Source: Basidiobolus ranarum (Eukaryota). Taken from it: a stretch of 33,535 nucleotides of DNA. Under the pieces are notes generated by a model, which searched no databases, was not told the origin of the DNA, and was given only the letters and a program-made list of their open reading frames with translations. Positions 9,927 to 23,685 of the stretch are shown one piece after another (position 1 is the stretch's first letter; each line of letters begins with the position of its first letter). The stretch is taken from positions 1 to 33,535 of the forward strand of contig JASJQH010000073.1 in assembly GCA_040143965.1 (NCBI GenBank), written 5' to 3'. The position numbers and the translations under genes are program-made.

Positions 9927-10301
9927 ATGCCCGTCACCAAGCAAACCAAAAAGGTTACCTACAAGTTCACTTTGGACTGTTCTGGCCCCGCCAACGACAA
10001 GATCTTCGATGTTGCTGCTTTCGAGAAATTCCTTCACGATCGCGTCAAGGTCCAAGGTCGTACCAACAACCTTGGTGACATCGTCTCCATCAAGCGTGGT
10101 GATGATTCCAAGATCACTGTTGTCTCTACCCAAGCTTTCTCTAAGCGTTACCTCAAATACCTTACCAAGAAGTTCTTGAAGAAGCATCAACTTCGTGACT
10201 GGCTCCGTGTCATTGCCACCAACAAGACCACCTACGAACTCAGATACTTCAACATTGCCAACCAAGATGAGGAAGAAGCTGAAGAGTCTGACGAGGAATA
10301 A
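9927..10301 (+). CDS. RPL22: 60S ribosomal protein eL22 (L22e), no intron in CDS
   Basis: [50 protein letters not shown]...[25 protein letters not shown]...YELRYFNI with acidic tail; first ATG at 9927; strongly biased codon usage. Confidence 0.97.
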   Translation: MPVTKQTKKVTYKFTLDCSGPANDKIFDVAAFEKFLHDRVKVQGRTNNLGDIVSIKRGDDSKITVVSTQAFSKRYLKYLTKKFLKKHQLRDWLRVIATNKTTYELRYFNIANQDEEEAEESDEE

Positions 10302-11035
10302 GCTCATTAACCTTGGATGTACGATGTCTTTTGTAACCATGATAAATAAAGTTGCGATTTTTAAGTGATGGGTGAGATGAGAACGAAGCCCTCCTTATAT
10401 CAAAAGGAAAATCACAATCTCCATAAAGGCAAGGCTATGTGCCTTGGCCTGATTATTATTTTTGTGTGTAGTCACTGTTCACCTGGATTGAGATTTAGAT
10501 GGATGTGTACGTTAATTTTAGGTGATTCAAGTCCCATGCAATAACGGAGTGGGATCCCGTGGATGGTGTATTCGTTCATGCTACGAAGCTCTAGATATCA
10601 GCTTGATCATTCGAGTGGTATCAGCGTTAGCAGGGGAACATGTCACCGGACTTCAAAATAGGGCGTGAACAATTAAATATTAACCCCAACCTGGTATCGG
10701 GCAAAAGGCACAAGATAGTGAGTTGGAGTTAGTAACTACTTGATCACTTTACTGTAGGATATCCTGCTGTACTAGTAGATTATCAAGTTGATTCGATGTT
10801 CATACACGCTAGTATATTTCAGTTTATTTGTTACGGAAACGCTTTACCGATACAAGATATATGAGCTCATGAGCCTATCACACATAGGATAAATGCACTC
10901 ATTGATAGTAACTAACCGACGGGTTGAGAAGGTATATTGTCACCAAGTCTTGTTAAATACCAGATGACACCATCATGGAAGCCTGGTTAACTGAAACATT
11001 TCATTCTAGTGTGTTGCAGTTTAGTTGCGACCGGA

Positions 11036-14000
11036 TCAAATCCAAGAAGTCCATCCTTCATACATTACACACAAATTATCAACGGAGGTAGCCTGTTCAT
11101 AGATATGATTCACTTGTTCTTCTACAGTCATGGGGGCATATTTCTCGCTATCTAGGCCACTCAGTTTTCGCTCGATTCGATCGATAATGTTTAAAGCATA
11201 ATTTTGACGATTGCGAGCTAAACAAACAAAAATCATCGAATAGTGAGTCTTTACTAGACTAAATACACAGTTGGATATTCAATATTTACCTTGTACATCC
11301 TCATTTTCAGCCTGGCCTGTAGTGATATTCGCAGAGGATTTGTTGTCAACTTCCTTGAGATCTTCATCCCATTCATCAATACCAGACCCAGCATCTTCCT
11401 CCAATATCCGATATACTTCAGGTTCATCGCGATCTTCGCAGAGTACATGTAGACAAGTAAAAAGTTTCTTCAACACGTGTTCAGCGTCAGTTTTCTAATT
11501 TTGGAATATCAAGATGGTTTCAGTATCTGCGTTACGAAGGATAGTGAGCTTTTTTTCCTTACTCTTTCTAGAATGCCCTGAATATTGTCGTTGAGTTCGC
11601 TTAGCTTCATCTGATCTCCATTATCTTCATTGCCAAATAAAGATTCAAGGGCTTCAAACAAAGTGTCGAAATAATACGAGAAATCCGAATAAACAATCAT
11701 GAATGCCTAATGGGAAGGAAGATTCTATGTTAGAGCTTATATGGTATGTTATATAGGATATTGTGTTGGTACCTTGAAGCGTTGATGTATCGATCGCACC
11801 TCTGGCTTGTGCTTGGTTTGACTGTAAAGGACTCTCACTAGGCCTGATATTTCATTTAATATTTCTTCCATTGAGGTGTAAAGCCATCCGATATCGCTCA
11901 TGAGTTTCTGAATACTCTCTTGAACATTGTCCAGCTAGATTAGATATGAGGTGAGCTGCTTAGAAACAACAAAGTTGTGAATGGCTAAAATATTCATACC
12001 TTCAAGTCTAGCATTTTGATAACAACATCATCTACTGAACGAGTGTGAGATATTTGATCGCTGTGAAGATAAAAGAGGTAAACAAATATCACTCCAGAGC
12101 TAAAGACCGTTCAATACAAACCGATTTGATTTCGCTTTCATTTGACATGCTTTCAGAATCTCTAGGATATTAAGTTCGCTTGAACGTGTTTCTGTACTGT
12201 CCACACGCATATTTTCAAATTGTAAAATCGTGTCAACGGGCTGACTAATAATTTGAATCTAGTGATACCATGTTAGTAGAGAATAAGTCAAGTAGTGACA
12301 AACGAGATGCTTTACCGTTTCAAGTTCTGCTTTTACAAACTTCTGTACACTGCGCACAGCATGGAGCAGCGATTCAGAGATATTAAGTGATAGATTTGAC
12401 CAAGTTGCATTGGTTAGGTTTGTCTCTATTTCTTCAAGTGTGTTGAATAACTCCTCGGCAGTGATGTTTAGATGTTGTAGATCTAAATTATCTTGTTTTA
12501 GATCCTCAACAACCTATAGAACATGTTACCATACATATATAATTGTCATTGAATTCAGTACCATTTTACCTTAATATCGGTCACTTCAGAAATATATGGT
12601 TTGTTAAGCCATTGGAATTTTGCAAAATAGAAACTCTGGAACGAAAACGTACGGTCTAGCAGTTGCTTGCGATGGGTGATCTGATTATCATGATTAGTGT
12701 GTATCGCGATGATTATGGAGAAGTCATCATTTTCTTACCACAGTTAGTTTGTGTGTCTTGAATGTTTCGAAGACATACTGGTTGATCATAGCTCTTTCTG
12801 CATGAATATCCGATAATGCGCATACACCAGTGTTAACAAAATGCTTGATCAAGTTCTTGTTGGCGTTATCGTTATCTTTGATATTTCCAATGGATCCTTC
12901 AAGTACTGTCATTATCGCTCCGATGGTATGTTTACATAATTGAGCCATGGTTTTGTTATGGGCATCTAATAGAATATTGCGTCGGATATGCGCTATCGTT
13001 TTAGCTATATCGTCTTTCGTATGCTCATTTTTGAAGACTTCGGAGCTACATATTGGAGGGATCGTGGTGAAATTCAAATCGTCATTATTCTGAGTGAACA
13101 AGCGAACCGAATTGAAAATCTGGGAAAGCAGCTAGATACAACTATAAGTAACATGATCAATATATATATACTTGTGCACTGTCCACTTACTTGAAGTTTA
13201 CTCTCGAATAGGCGCTCCTTGTAATCCAAGGTCACAGTTTGCTAACAAGTTGTAAATTAGTATATTTGATATAGAAAGTATTTTCTTATATTATACCTCT
13301 TCCATTTCCAACCATGGGATAATCTCACTGAAGTTCTTTTCGAAATTATGTATACCATCAGCTACTTCAACATCTTTTACTTGCTCCAATACAGCTAGAT
13401 ACTTGATGTTCTACAGGAGAAGTCTAGTTAATTTGTGTTTCAACTTAATATGGAGTAGATTAGTTACCATTTCATGATGCAGCTTGAGATCTTCGGGCGC
13501 TGTATCGTGGAGAACTTCATTTAGAGAGGATTCGAGATTGGTGAATATCTTGGGAGAGTGATGAAACAGTGAGAATATTTGTGGAATTATTGTTTCGTAA
13601 AGGTTTGTCTCAAAACTAAAGACTGCTTGGGGTAGTTTAGTGAGTTTTCCAACTTTTTCATTCAACCGTTCAAAAGCATTGTCGGCTCCTAAGTGATCTA
13701 GTAAGTTAAATTAGATTTACAATATTGGTAATAGAGAGATAACACAACTGAAATTTAGACAAAAAAAGTCAATACCTCTAAGAATTTCAACAAGTTGTTT
13801 AAGTATGTATGTTAATACATCTACAATATCCACATCCTTCACCAATTCAGTATCTGGAAGAAACTTGGTCCTTATACCAAACTTCTGCTGTATCACTGCT
13901 AAAATGTCGATATCTGTATCGTTGGAATTGGTGTCAAATAATTGATACAATTCAACTAGCGCGGTCCACGTAGCTCCTAACTGAATTTGACTAAGCTGTC

Positions 14001-17000
14001 CATGTGGGTCTTTTCCGACAAACATTGGTTGGTCTTTGTTAATTTGACCCTGTAGGTAGCCAATAAGTTGTCCATACACTTGTTGAAGCTTAGTGGTATC
14101 CGAGGAAGTTCGTGATAGTAAATTTTGCCAAGATGATAATTTCGAGCTAGTAGAGGGCTTAAGATTCTCATATCTAGCAAGTGCCTCACTGAAATCGTCA
14201 TACTCGAGATTAGAGAGGAGAAGAGGATCAATAACCTTTTCCCAACGGTAGTGAAAATCTTGTGCAAGTATATGAGAGGATGACCCGGCGGTGTAGGCTT
14301 TGTAGTGTTCAAGGTGATCTAAGCACTTGCTTTTTAACGAAATTTGTTCTTTGTCCCACTCTTGGACGTGATTATCAAGTATTGCAAGTTTTTGTACGAG
14401 TGCGCTACTAGGATCCAATTTTGAGGTGAATTCTGAAAATACAAGTGAACCTGGATTTTCAGGAGAGAAGTGTTTATCATGCTAAAGAAGAATTTCAAAA
14501 TACAATGTAAGACAGTGACTAGAGAAGGAATCAATGCGATACATACCTGTAATTCTTCGAAGGCCACAACAACGTTCTCATGATTAACTTTACATTGGTT
14601 AAGATAATCACGGAGTGGGGCAATATATTTCTCTGGGTCTTCGTTGACGTTAGCAGTGGACTCATTTGATGGACTGTCAGATTTCAAAGGACCAGGGATA
14701 TGCAGACTTCCAATGGCAGACGTAATATTATCAGTGGTGGTTTCAATTGATAATAAAGATTGAACAAGCTTTTGGCGATGGGTTTCAAGTTCTTCCTTGG
14801 ACTTGGCTATATGAGAAATTAAACAGTTATTGGCTAACGCAACGACAACTATTGATGATATAAATGTACAAACCCATTCTGGACGCTAATAGGCCCAGGT
14901 TAACGCTGACTTCAAGAGGTCGCTCATCTTTATCGTTCTTTGAGTCTTGGCTCCAGTCAAGTAATGGGTCATACACGAAAGCATCCAACAGTGTCAACAA
15001 AGATTTCTTGTTTTCTCTCAAAACACGAAGACTATGAGCTCCAGCTTGCTTGAAATATTCTTCTCCACCAAAAACATCAAGGGCCGCCTGGAAGTTCTGA
15101 GTCAATCTGAATGGGACTGTCTCGGGAATACGAAGTCTTTTACCCTTTTCAAAGCAAACATTGTAATCGATATGTATGATTTCGCCTTGGACAAAATCTA
15201 TCAGAATATTATCCAAATGTCGATCCCCTAAGCCGATAATGTATCCAATTACTGACATAACGGCTAGTGATCGTACAAAAGACTTTGATTTTTTGTACCA
15301 GATAGTAGAAGTGGAGCAGGACGCCCACAATTCCTTTTCTAACAAAGTGCTCGGTGTTTCAGAAACCAAGTCTAGATAAACTTTACGTAGAATATCAACA
15401 GGCCAGTTTTTACGCGGAGTACTTGGAGAAACACCTGCGTCTTTTAGTGCAGCGGCTATTTTTTCATAAAATACTTCATTAGGCTTTGATGGATGGGCTG
15501 GAGGAGCCTTGGTGTCCATTTGCTCTTGAGGCTGCATCATCATGTTCGAAGTGGTTTCTCGGTACTGCCACTTTCTGTAAAGAGTAAACAATGTTGACGT
15601 ATTATCAACCCATTGAATCATTCCAGAGTGATTTCCTAATGGAATAACTCCGTAATTCCTTGCACGAAGAGCTCTTCGATTAGCTTCAGGGTCGCGTTTG
15701 AGAAGTCGATTTGTAATTCGAAGAATCTGCATCATTCTCTCGTCCAAATGGAGATCTTCAAGTCCTTTGAACAAGTAACCGTAGTTCTTTCCATCTGAAC
15801 CAACGAAAACTAACTTTTTAGGCTTAGTTTTTGTCGGAATAACCAAAATTTCTTCTTTTATAGAGTGTATGGTAATCTCCTCCTCGCTAGCAGATAGACC
15901 AGGGATATGAATGATGCTATCTTTCATTGCCGCAAGATACGGACTTACGTCCGCCAACCTCAATGTCTTGCCTCTCGTGAACTCTTTGGATAGTTTAGTT
16001 TCGATCTACATTCAAAATATAGAGCCGGTTAGCTAAAAATCATATCTCCAAAGTCTCACAAAAATAACTACCTCTTTAAAGGTTTCCCAAGATTCTTTAA
16101 TTTTTTTGAGAGATTTTGGCGTCTTTAAGTTGGTGATAGCGGTTTCGATCAAGGGTCTAAACGTTTCAACGAACCATTCTTCTCTTGGTGTGCATGGAGT
16201 ACGATTGATCGTCATATCACACAGTTTCTCCAAAGTAATAATGATGGATTGAAAGATAGCAGAGTAGCTATCAGATTTTGCTTTTTCTTTCTCTGAAGGT
16301 GAATAAAGCTTATTTTGTTCGATTTTATCAAACTCTAGCTTAAGTTGTTGTGCTCTTTTAGCTAATTCTGGTTGCAGATGTGCGATCTTATCAGTCCATA
16401 AATCCTCCCAGAGGACAGCTATTCTACGAAATTCCGAAATCATCTTGGTAATCTCGTTGACTACCTGATCATTATTTCGATGCAAAGCTTCAACGATCAT
16501 TTGTGCTCGGTATTTTCGCTTCTCATCTGATGGCGATAGACTTTCCACAATAGCATGATACGCCACTGCTTGAGGTGAGGCTGCTGCCAATATACAAAGC
16601 ATTTTAGTAGTAAAGTCTTGGACATATTGATCAGAATGTTGTAAGCCAGCAAACAGTTGCGGAACAATCTGATCCCAAGGCCAAGCATTGACCAGATTTT
16701 GCTCTTCAAATACATCTTTCAAATGACTTCCATATTTAAATAGGATTTTGAGAATACGAAGTGCACATGTCAAGCCATCTTTAGTCTGACTACGTTTTTG
16801 TGCCTAAACATAGAATATTGTCAATAAACCACGTTAACCACTGATAAGAGAATAAAAACCTCCATACCTCTTTACTAGCACAACTGGAAAGAAATCGGAA
16901 ATAAGCCTGAACAATTGTAGCAAAATCCTTTCGAACACAGGAATACCATCTTTCAACAGCAGACTTAATTTCTACAACATCTGTAGATGAAATTGAAGAA

Positions 17001-20000
17001 TTATCATGTATGAGACCATCCACCCAGGAAAGGTCGTCCGATTGTGTTTTCTGTAAAGCATCCCGAAAGAATTGCTTAAAACCCCTTGATTAGGTCTACG
17101 CTTTGAGATCAGGTGTACTTATAATATTTGAAAAGCTTACTTGTTTAAAGGAGTCATTGTCACTTGCGGGGAATAAACTGCTATACACAGATGCCTCCAA
17201 TTGATCCCTCAAGTAGGAGTCGAGTACAGGTGAATTATACGATTCTCTCTGACTTAGCGTGTCCACTATCGAATTATCCAAGTGCTGTGCATATTTAAGC
17301 CATGCTTGAGGATCATCGGAATTGTTGTTGATAGCAAAGTTATAACAAGTTGATTTCAGAGATTCAAGTTCCGATGGTGATGTATAAGACTCTGCACGAG
17401 AATCTTCTAACGAAGTGTCGATAAATAGGGACAAGATCTCTTGCGATTCTTGACTAGGAATGGGCGATATATCAATCCACTCTGCAATTTTAAGTGCCAC
17501 TCTAGATTTGTCAAGCCCATCGATTTCCATATTTTGAATAGTTTCCACGATTTTTCTAACGGCGTCATCAGCCTGACCCTTTTGATACATTAACAAAGCA
17601 TCTTCAAAGAGAACATCAAAACATTTCGTGGAGCGCAACTTTTTAAGAACCGTTTCAGCCGTTTCAAAACATCTATTCTCACGAGCAAGTTTAGCCGTAG
17701 TTAGAGTTACTTGATCAACTGCAGATTTAATTACCGGTAGATTTGAGGAAGAGGCCTTTAGAAATAGCTCTGGGAGTTGGTGATATGCCAACATAAGTAG
17801 CAGATTCTGTTGGGTGTAATCCACTTCCGGGATGACGTTGGAAAGGTTGAACAGTATCCGATCGGGGTTTGTTCGGAACAGATTAAGGTATTGTAAAGTA
17901 ATCAGAGGAGAGAAGAAATCTTGATAAGTTTCTCTAGATAGAACGCTTAAGCAATCGTCTAGGATCCCATTCAGCTTAGAACCTTCAAATTCTGGATTGG
18001 TATCACCATTAACCTTGTTTAGAATTGTATGAAGTAATTTAGGCTGAAGTTTTCGGGTGACGTCTTGGGGCATTGCCAATATAGTTGTATTCTGTATTGG
18101 TAGAAGTTCATGGAGCTCCATTTCAACTTCAGTGTATTTTTTTGTATCAAAATGGCAGAGTGCTTTAGTATAAAGCTCCTCATGAGGCTGATTATCTAGC
18201 ACTTGATCCACAATTGGGGCCCATTCAGCCATTGACTTCCAGTCTGAAATATGAGAGTAACACTCATAAACCTGTTTCGCCATGAATGCTTTTATAACGG
18301 TATTGTCAGTGGAGCTATATAAGCGGGCACTTTCATTCGCGGCATACTCAATATTTCCTCTGGCCAACTGTATAGAAGGGAATAGCCATGTAAAGTCTGC
18401 GTACTTTTCAAGAGAAAATAGAATAGCTTTTGCCTGAGCTTGTTCCTCCAGTTTCTCTTCGATTCCTCTGGGCATTATGGATATTTCATTTACATTCTCT
18501 TTCACAGAATTGACAATTTCACCAAGTAGATTTCTAAATTGCTTGAAGATATCTCGACAATAATTCAGGAGGCCATTTACTCCATCTTCATCTCCATTAT
18601 CCACTAACAACGGGATAACAATAGTTAAAACCTCAATGATATCATTAATACGCTGTGAATTCTTTAGAATATCCGGCAGGATAAAAGTCGTTTGCTCGCG
18701 TACAAATTTCAAACTATGTCGAATTAGGGAGCAAGTGGATCCGGACCTTTTCGAAGCATGTATGATATTCTTTCGATTTCGGATAAACCAATCCTCACAA
18801 ACCTTGAGATTGGTACGGAAAAAAATGATACTCGCTCGTGGAGCCAGAGGAATCGAGCTCACAGCAGTGCCCACTGCAGCGTTATAGATTTGAAATTCAA
18901 AGAGGTCAATAAAGACAACTAAATCCCTTATCCTTTGGAGATCCATCACGCTAGATCCATCGAAATATTTGTACTGGTTTAGTATGAAAAATAAACAGAG
19001 ATAATGGACAAATATTAGTTTATCATAACAAGTTACCTATAATTGTCATCATCGGTTGATGCACTTTTCGCCGCCAAACCAGAAGATATAGCAGAGACCA
19101 AGGCTTTTTCAAAAGCCTCAAAAGTCTATAATAACAAAAACTAAGGTTATTGCGAAAATTCACTTCACTGATGTTGTAAAGAAAACCGACCTGTTGAGCA
19201 CCTCCAAATGGAGTTCTTGATCTAGCAAGAACACAATACCTTGCAGCCTCCCATAAGACCCAATAAGTCAACATTTCTTCGGAATTTTCGATGATTCTTA
19301 TAGCTTCACCTTCTGTCATGTCTATAATATTTGAAATATAAATAAAAGCAATGGAAATATAAAATGTCGAGTTAGAATCTTACCTTTCTCCAAATCTTTA
19401 AAAAAGTTGGTATGATGTAAACCGTCGACAGCCTGGCATGAATGGAACAATCTCTCCCGCCAGTCTGGGGCAAAACCATTGGGAGTATCATGTTTACGTC
19501 CCTGATCGCTAGGGCCTCTTATTCCAAGATAGTCCATTGCAATTTGGAAATGTTGAGGGCGAAATGTGCCGAGATGTGGTATACACCTCACACAAGTCTA
19601 TAACGTATTAGATACGCGTGATATCGATGAAATATAATAATTTATCCGCTTCTTACCTTGAAAGTCTCAAACATAACACTCCCTGATGATCCTTTGTAAG
19701 TCATAGTCAACAGTGGGTCAAAATAAGTCAAAATCTCGACAAGTTCGCCATGAACACTTAAATCAGACACGTATAGGCTAAGAATTGAGAGTAAGTACTC
19801 TTCTCAAACATCCAAAGGTTCAATGGAGAACTTACCACTCTAGTAATTTGTTAAAAATTGGCTGGCTCTCTTCGCGATTTCCACAATAAGTTACGAACTT
19901 CTTGACGATGCTTAGATGGCTTTTTCGGAATATAAGGTCGTGATCTGACATGAAATAAAAATAAGCGGGCGCCTATGAGATAGCATCCGAGTAGAGACAT

Positions 20001-22662
20001 ACCATATTGATTAAGAATATCACTGATTAATGAGGCCAGTAGTTTATAAGCGAGGCTTGGGGCAGGATTATTGCCAAATTGATTCTGAAAGGAATCGATG
20101 ATCTTTCCAATCCAGAAGATTGCTATGTTTTTCGTATCCGAATGAGTTACTCGTGCACGAAGAATAACTCCGAGCAGATTTGTAACAAATTCAAGTCTAC
20201 CCAAGTCCATTTGTCTGTTCTCAGAGACATTAGTCCCCGCAGGACTGTTATGTATTGTACTTGACATGAAGTTTTTCTGACTTTGGCATAATCGCTCCAT
20301 CATGAGCAACATTCCATTCCGAAGTTCATTAATGGAAGTGTTGCCGTTGCTTGGAGTTTTCAAGAAAAGAATGCTTACATACTGGAAGACGCTATCGAAG
20401 TAAGAAGGAAACTTCAGCACTATCTCGGTTAATATCAAACCATCCATCATGAATATCGTATGGGCAACTTTAGAGTCAAAGTCAGGCTTGCTTTCATATG
20501 GCAGTTCAATCAGATCTCTCATATCAGAAATTTTGGATCCTTCCGTTTCATATAACTTCTCTTTTAATGATTCATACTCAAGCTGTAGCTGTGGCTCAGC
20601 TATATGGGACTGAAATATCGCGGCTCCCTCAGTCAGTAGATAGCGGATCGGACTCGTCAACCCAAGCTCAATATTGTCATGATCACCAGACCCGACAGAT
20701 TGAATAATAAGTCGCAACGCGTCCAAAGCACCGTTTCTGATTCTTGAATCACCTTGATAGAGTGAACGAGCTTTCATGAACAATGAGTGTGGATTGAGCA
20801 ACATAGGCAAAATAGTAGGATGGAATTTAGGCTTCCAATCATGTACAATCTAAGAAGACTTCCAATCAGAACGATATACACAATGTCATTAAGGCAGAGT
20901 GGTTGCCAACTTTACCTCGTCAAGTCTTTTAAACCAATGCGTAACCAAGTGTTTGGCCTCGGGCGAGAGTATCTCTTGTATGATCTCGAGCTCCATGAGT
21001 ATGCATTTGATGGCTTCCGTCTGATGGTAATAAAACTGGCGTTTACGGACTTTGCTCATTTGGAGAATCAAGTGATTCGCTAATACGGGATATTCTCAGG
21101 TTAGTGGAATGCAAATATGGGAAGTACTAAAAGCGCTTCGCCTCCTACATTCCGAAATCCATTGATAGTCTTTATATCTCACTCCGACTTTGTATATCAG
21201 CTTAAGCACGAATGAGCGGATGTGTTCTATCTCATCGAAAAAGGTCCCGGGAGGTCGAAATGGAAGGGTTTCATCAGCTGATGTAGGCTCAACAGCAATA
21301 TATGGCGCGATCGCGCGAAATATCAAATGAAAGCATCTACATGCTGGAATGAATTAACAGCACGTAACAGATTGTTTGGATGGAAAACTTACCTCAATAG
21401 CGAAATAGATGTGATCAGTTCACTCTCATCGTATGTTACAAAAGCGGTCTCCATATCACCCAGAAAATGATTCAAAAGCTGGATGGCAAATGGTAGATTA
21501 TTTCCCCAGCAAAAATCAAGGCTCATGAACAGATCTTAAATGGGTTTTAGTTGCATGTAAGGTAAGTTCCGAGTTCTGGAAGACATGCATGTTACCTGAT
21601 ATCTTTGTCTTGACCGCGTGAGGAACGCTAGTATCAATATACCAGCCAATAAGCAAATCCACGGTATCCTACAGATACAAGGGATTAATATTCTTCAAGG
21701 TGACGCCGTTATGCAGTAGTAAAGCTAATTACTTGAAAGGTTACAACGAATATGGCGGGGTGCTTTCGAGCAATAATCTCCATAACATCCAAAGCATTGG
21801 TGAAACAATCCATGGAATCTGAGGAGTTGAGGTATACTTGTAAGTCATATAGTACATTGGCGATGAAATGCTGAAAAGCTGTAACAGATTCTTGATCGTA
21901 GGTGCCGTTTACTGAAGCATTCTCAATAGTCTTGAGAAGAAAATAGGTGTTGAATTATATATACTTATGCGTGATTACGAATGATTTTTTAGTTTACCTG
22001 CCCTAAAGCCACTAAAAGCCATCTTTTCTTTTCTTTCTCTTTCTCAAGAATATTCGGAGGAGCGTTAGGCGTATTCCAACTGAGATGTTCAATTATCCAT
22101 TGAAAGTAAGGTCCGGCTTCTATTCCCAAACCAACACCGATCAACGAAATGCATTGCGCGACTACTTGCAAAAAACTCTCGGGAGCTCTTAAACGTAGAC
22201 AAATGCGTGAATAAATAGACGATTTTTTAGAGTAAAAATTCTGATCGAAGATCTTAATACACAATAATAATTCACCCGATCTTTCGCTTACCTGTTATCT
22301 TCAAGAGCAGCTTCAAGACCTGGTGCACTACCATAACCTAGTAGCAGTTCACCAGCTTGTGTTATTTCAGCTCTATTTAATTGAGATATCCACGAAGTGA
22401 GTTGATTCGTGGCGCTCAGTCTTCTTGAATAAGAAGCATCCCCATCTTCACGTAGAATTTTTACTAATAAATGATGAATTTGCTCTACAAAAAAACGTAG
22501 CCGACCAGGATTAATAAAACACGTTCCAGTTAAAAGTTTCTCGTCTCCAAAGTGAAGCAAAATATTACCTCGAGAGTCGAAGCGTGTCTCGTGTCCGCGT
22601 GTCTCTACTCGAGCCTGCTTTTGACGTGGATGTTGTGGACGTCCTCTTCGTGGTCCACTCAT
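11036..22662 (-). CDS. SMG1: SMG1 PIKK-family serine/threonine kinase (NMD), many exons
   Basis: Kinase exon has IPTKTKPKKL, YLFKGLEDLHLDERMMQ, GYIIGLGDRHLDNIL, HIDYNVCFEKGKRLRIPETVPFRLTQN and AFVYDPLLDW. SMG1-type upstream motifs WEAARYCV..R.RTPFG, TN.KVCEDWF.R and RIAVLWEDLW. A long insertion separates the kinase from the C-terminal FATC (ATSVDNLCVMYEGWTSWI*). Exon boundaries and start are approximate. Confidence 0.92.
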
Positions 22663-23685
22663 GCACTACAGAGTTTTGATTTATATAAGATAGTTTTAGA
22701 AAAGCGACAACAATTCTACTAATTGAGGCTATTCACAAGTTTTAAAATATACTAGCACTTGGTAGACTAACTCTAACGTATCCAAGTAATATGGGTTGTA
22801 AAAATTGGCCATTTCTTCAGAGAAACATTGAAATTTTGAATCGTATTTAGTTATGATGGATAAATTCATGTTTAAAATGCCATAACTAATCGAACTCAAT
22901 CGGGGTATTTTCAATAAACTATTTCAACTACTTGACAAGCTGAAGGCAGGACAAGTCCATATTCTAATACTGATAACGTGGTAGAGTAGACACGCACACT
23001 TGGTTTTACGAACATGGCTGACACATATACATATTCATTATTACTTATACTCCACCGCTATACAAGTGACTCGGTCTAGGCTAGTAAAATAGATTGCATG
23101 GAGGGTGGCTTATCATAATCGACAACAAAGTTAGTGAGAACATGGAATAACAGCCATTTACGCAGATTATAAATCCATCTTTTATTGTGCCATATACTAA
23201 GGCTTACGATTTGAGGTGAAACAACGTATTCTGACTCAGATCAAGCAAGTCGACTTACCCCTACCCTACTTGACATCTTGATCCTTCGCCTTTTCAGAAA
23301 TTCCGGAATTCTTAAACCAGGGATCCTTTGGGAGTTGGCAAGAACGAATGTCTCTGAAAGATCTTTGTACTTACCTCCCATTGATTCACACATGCTAAAA
23401 TAGAGTTTGTAGTGCACAAACCATCTAGGTTTAACACGTTTGGCGAAAAGAATGTTGCGGATGGAATAACACATACGATATATTTTGGTTTTGTTATGTA
23501 CATTAGTAACAAGTTTAACATTAGGTAAGGTACCAGAATGATGACAATCCCAAATTAATGATTAAGCGTATATATGAATTGGGGTTAAGAGTATAGATGA
23601 TATCATGGAGATCAAACTATAAGGTAAATGTATACAGAAAATATTTAGGATATATGTCATTATAATCAAGCAAAGTGTAATAGCC

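Noticed and set aside
10340-11030. Moderately GC-richer spacer between the RPL22 and SMG1 3' ends with a small hairpin (about 10427-10449)
   Set aside because: No tRNA, snoRNA box pair or other recognisable RNA family motif; an Rfam scan would be needed.
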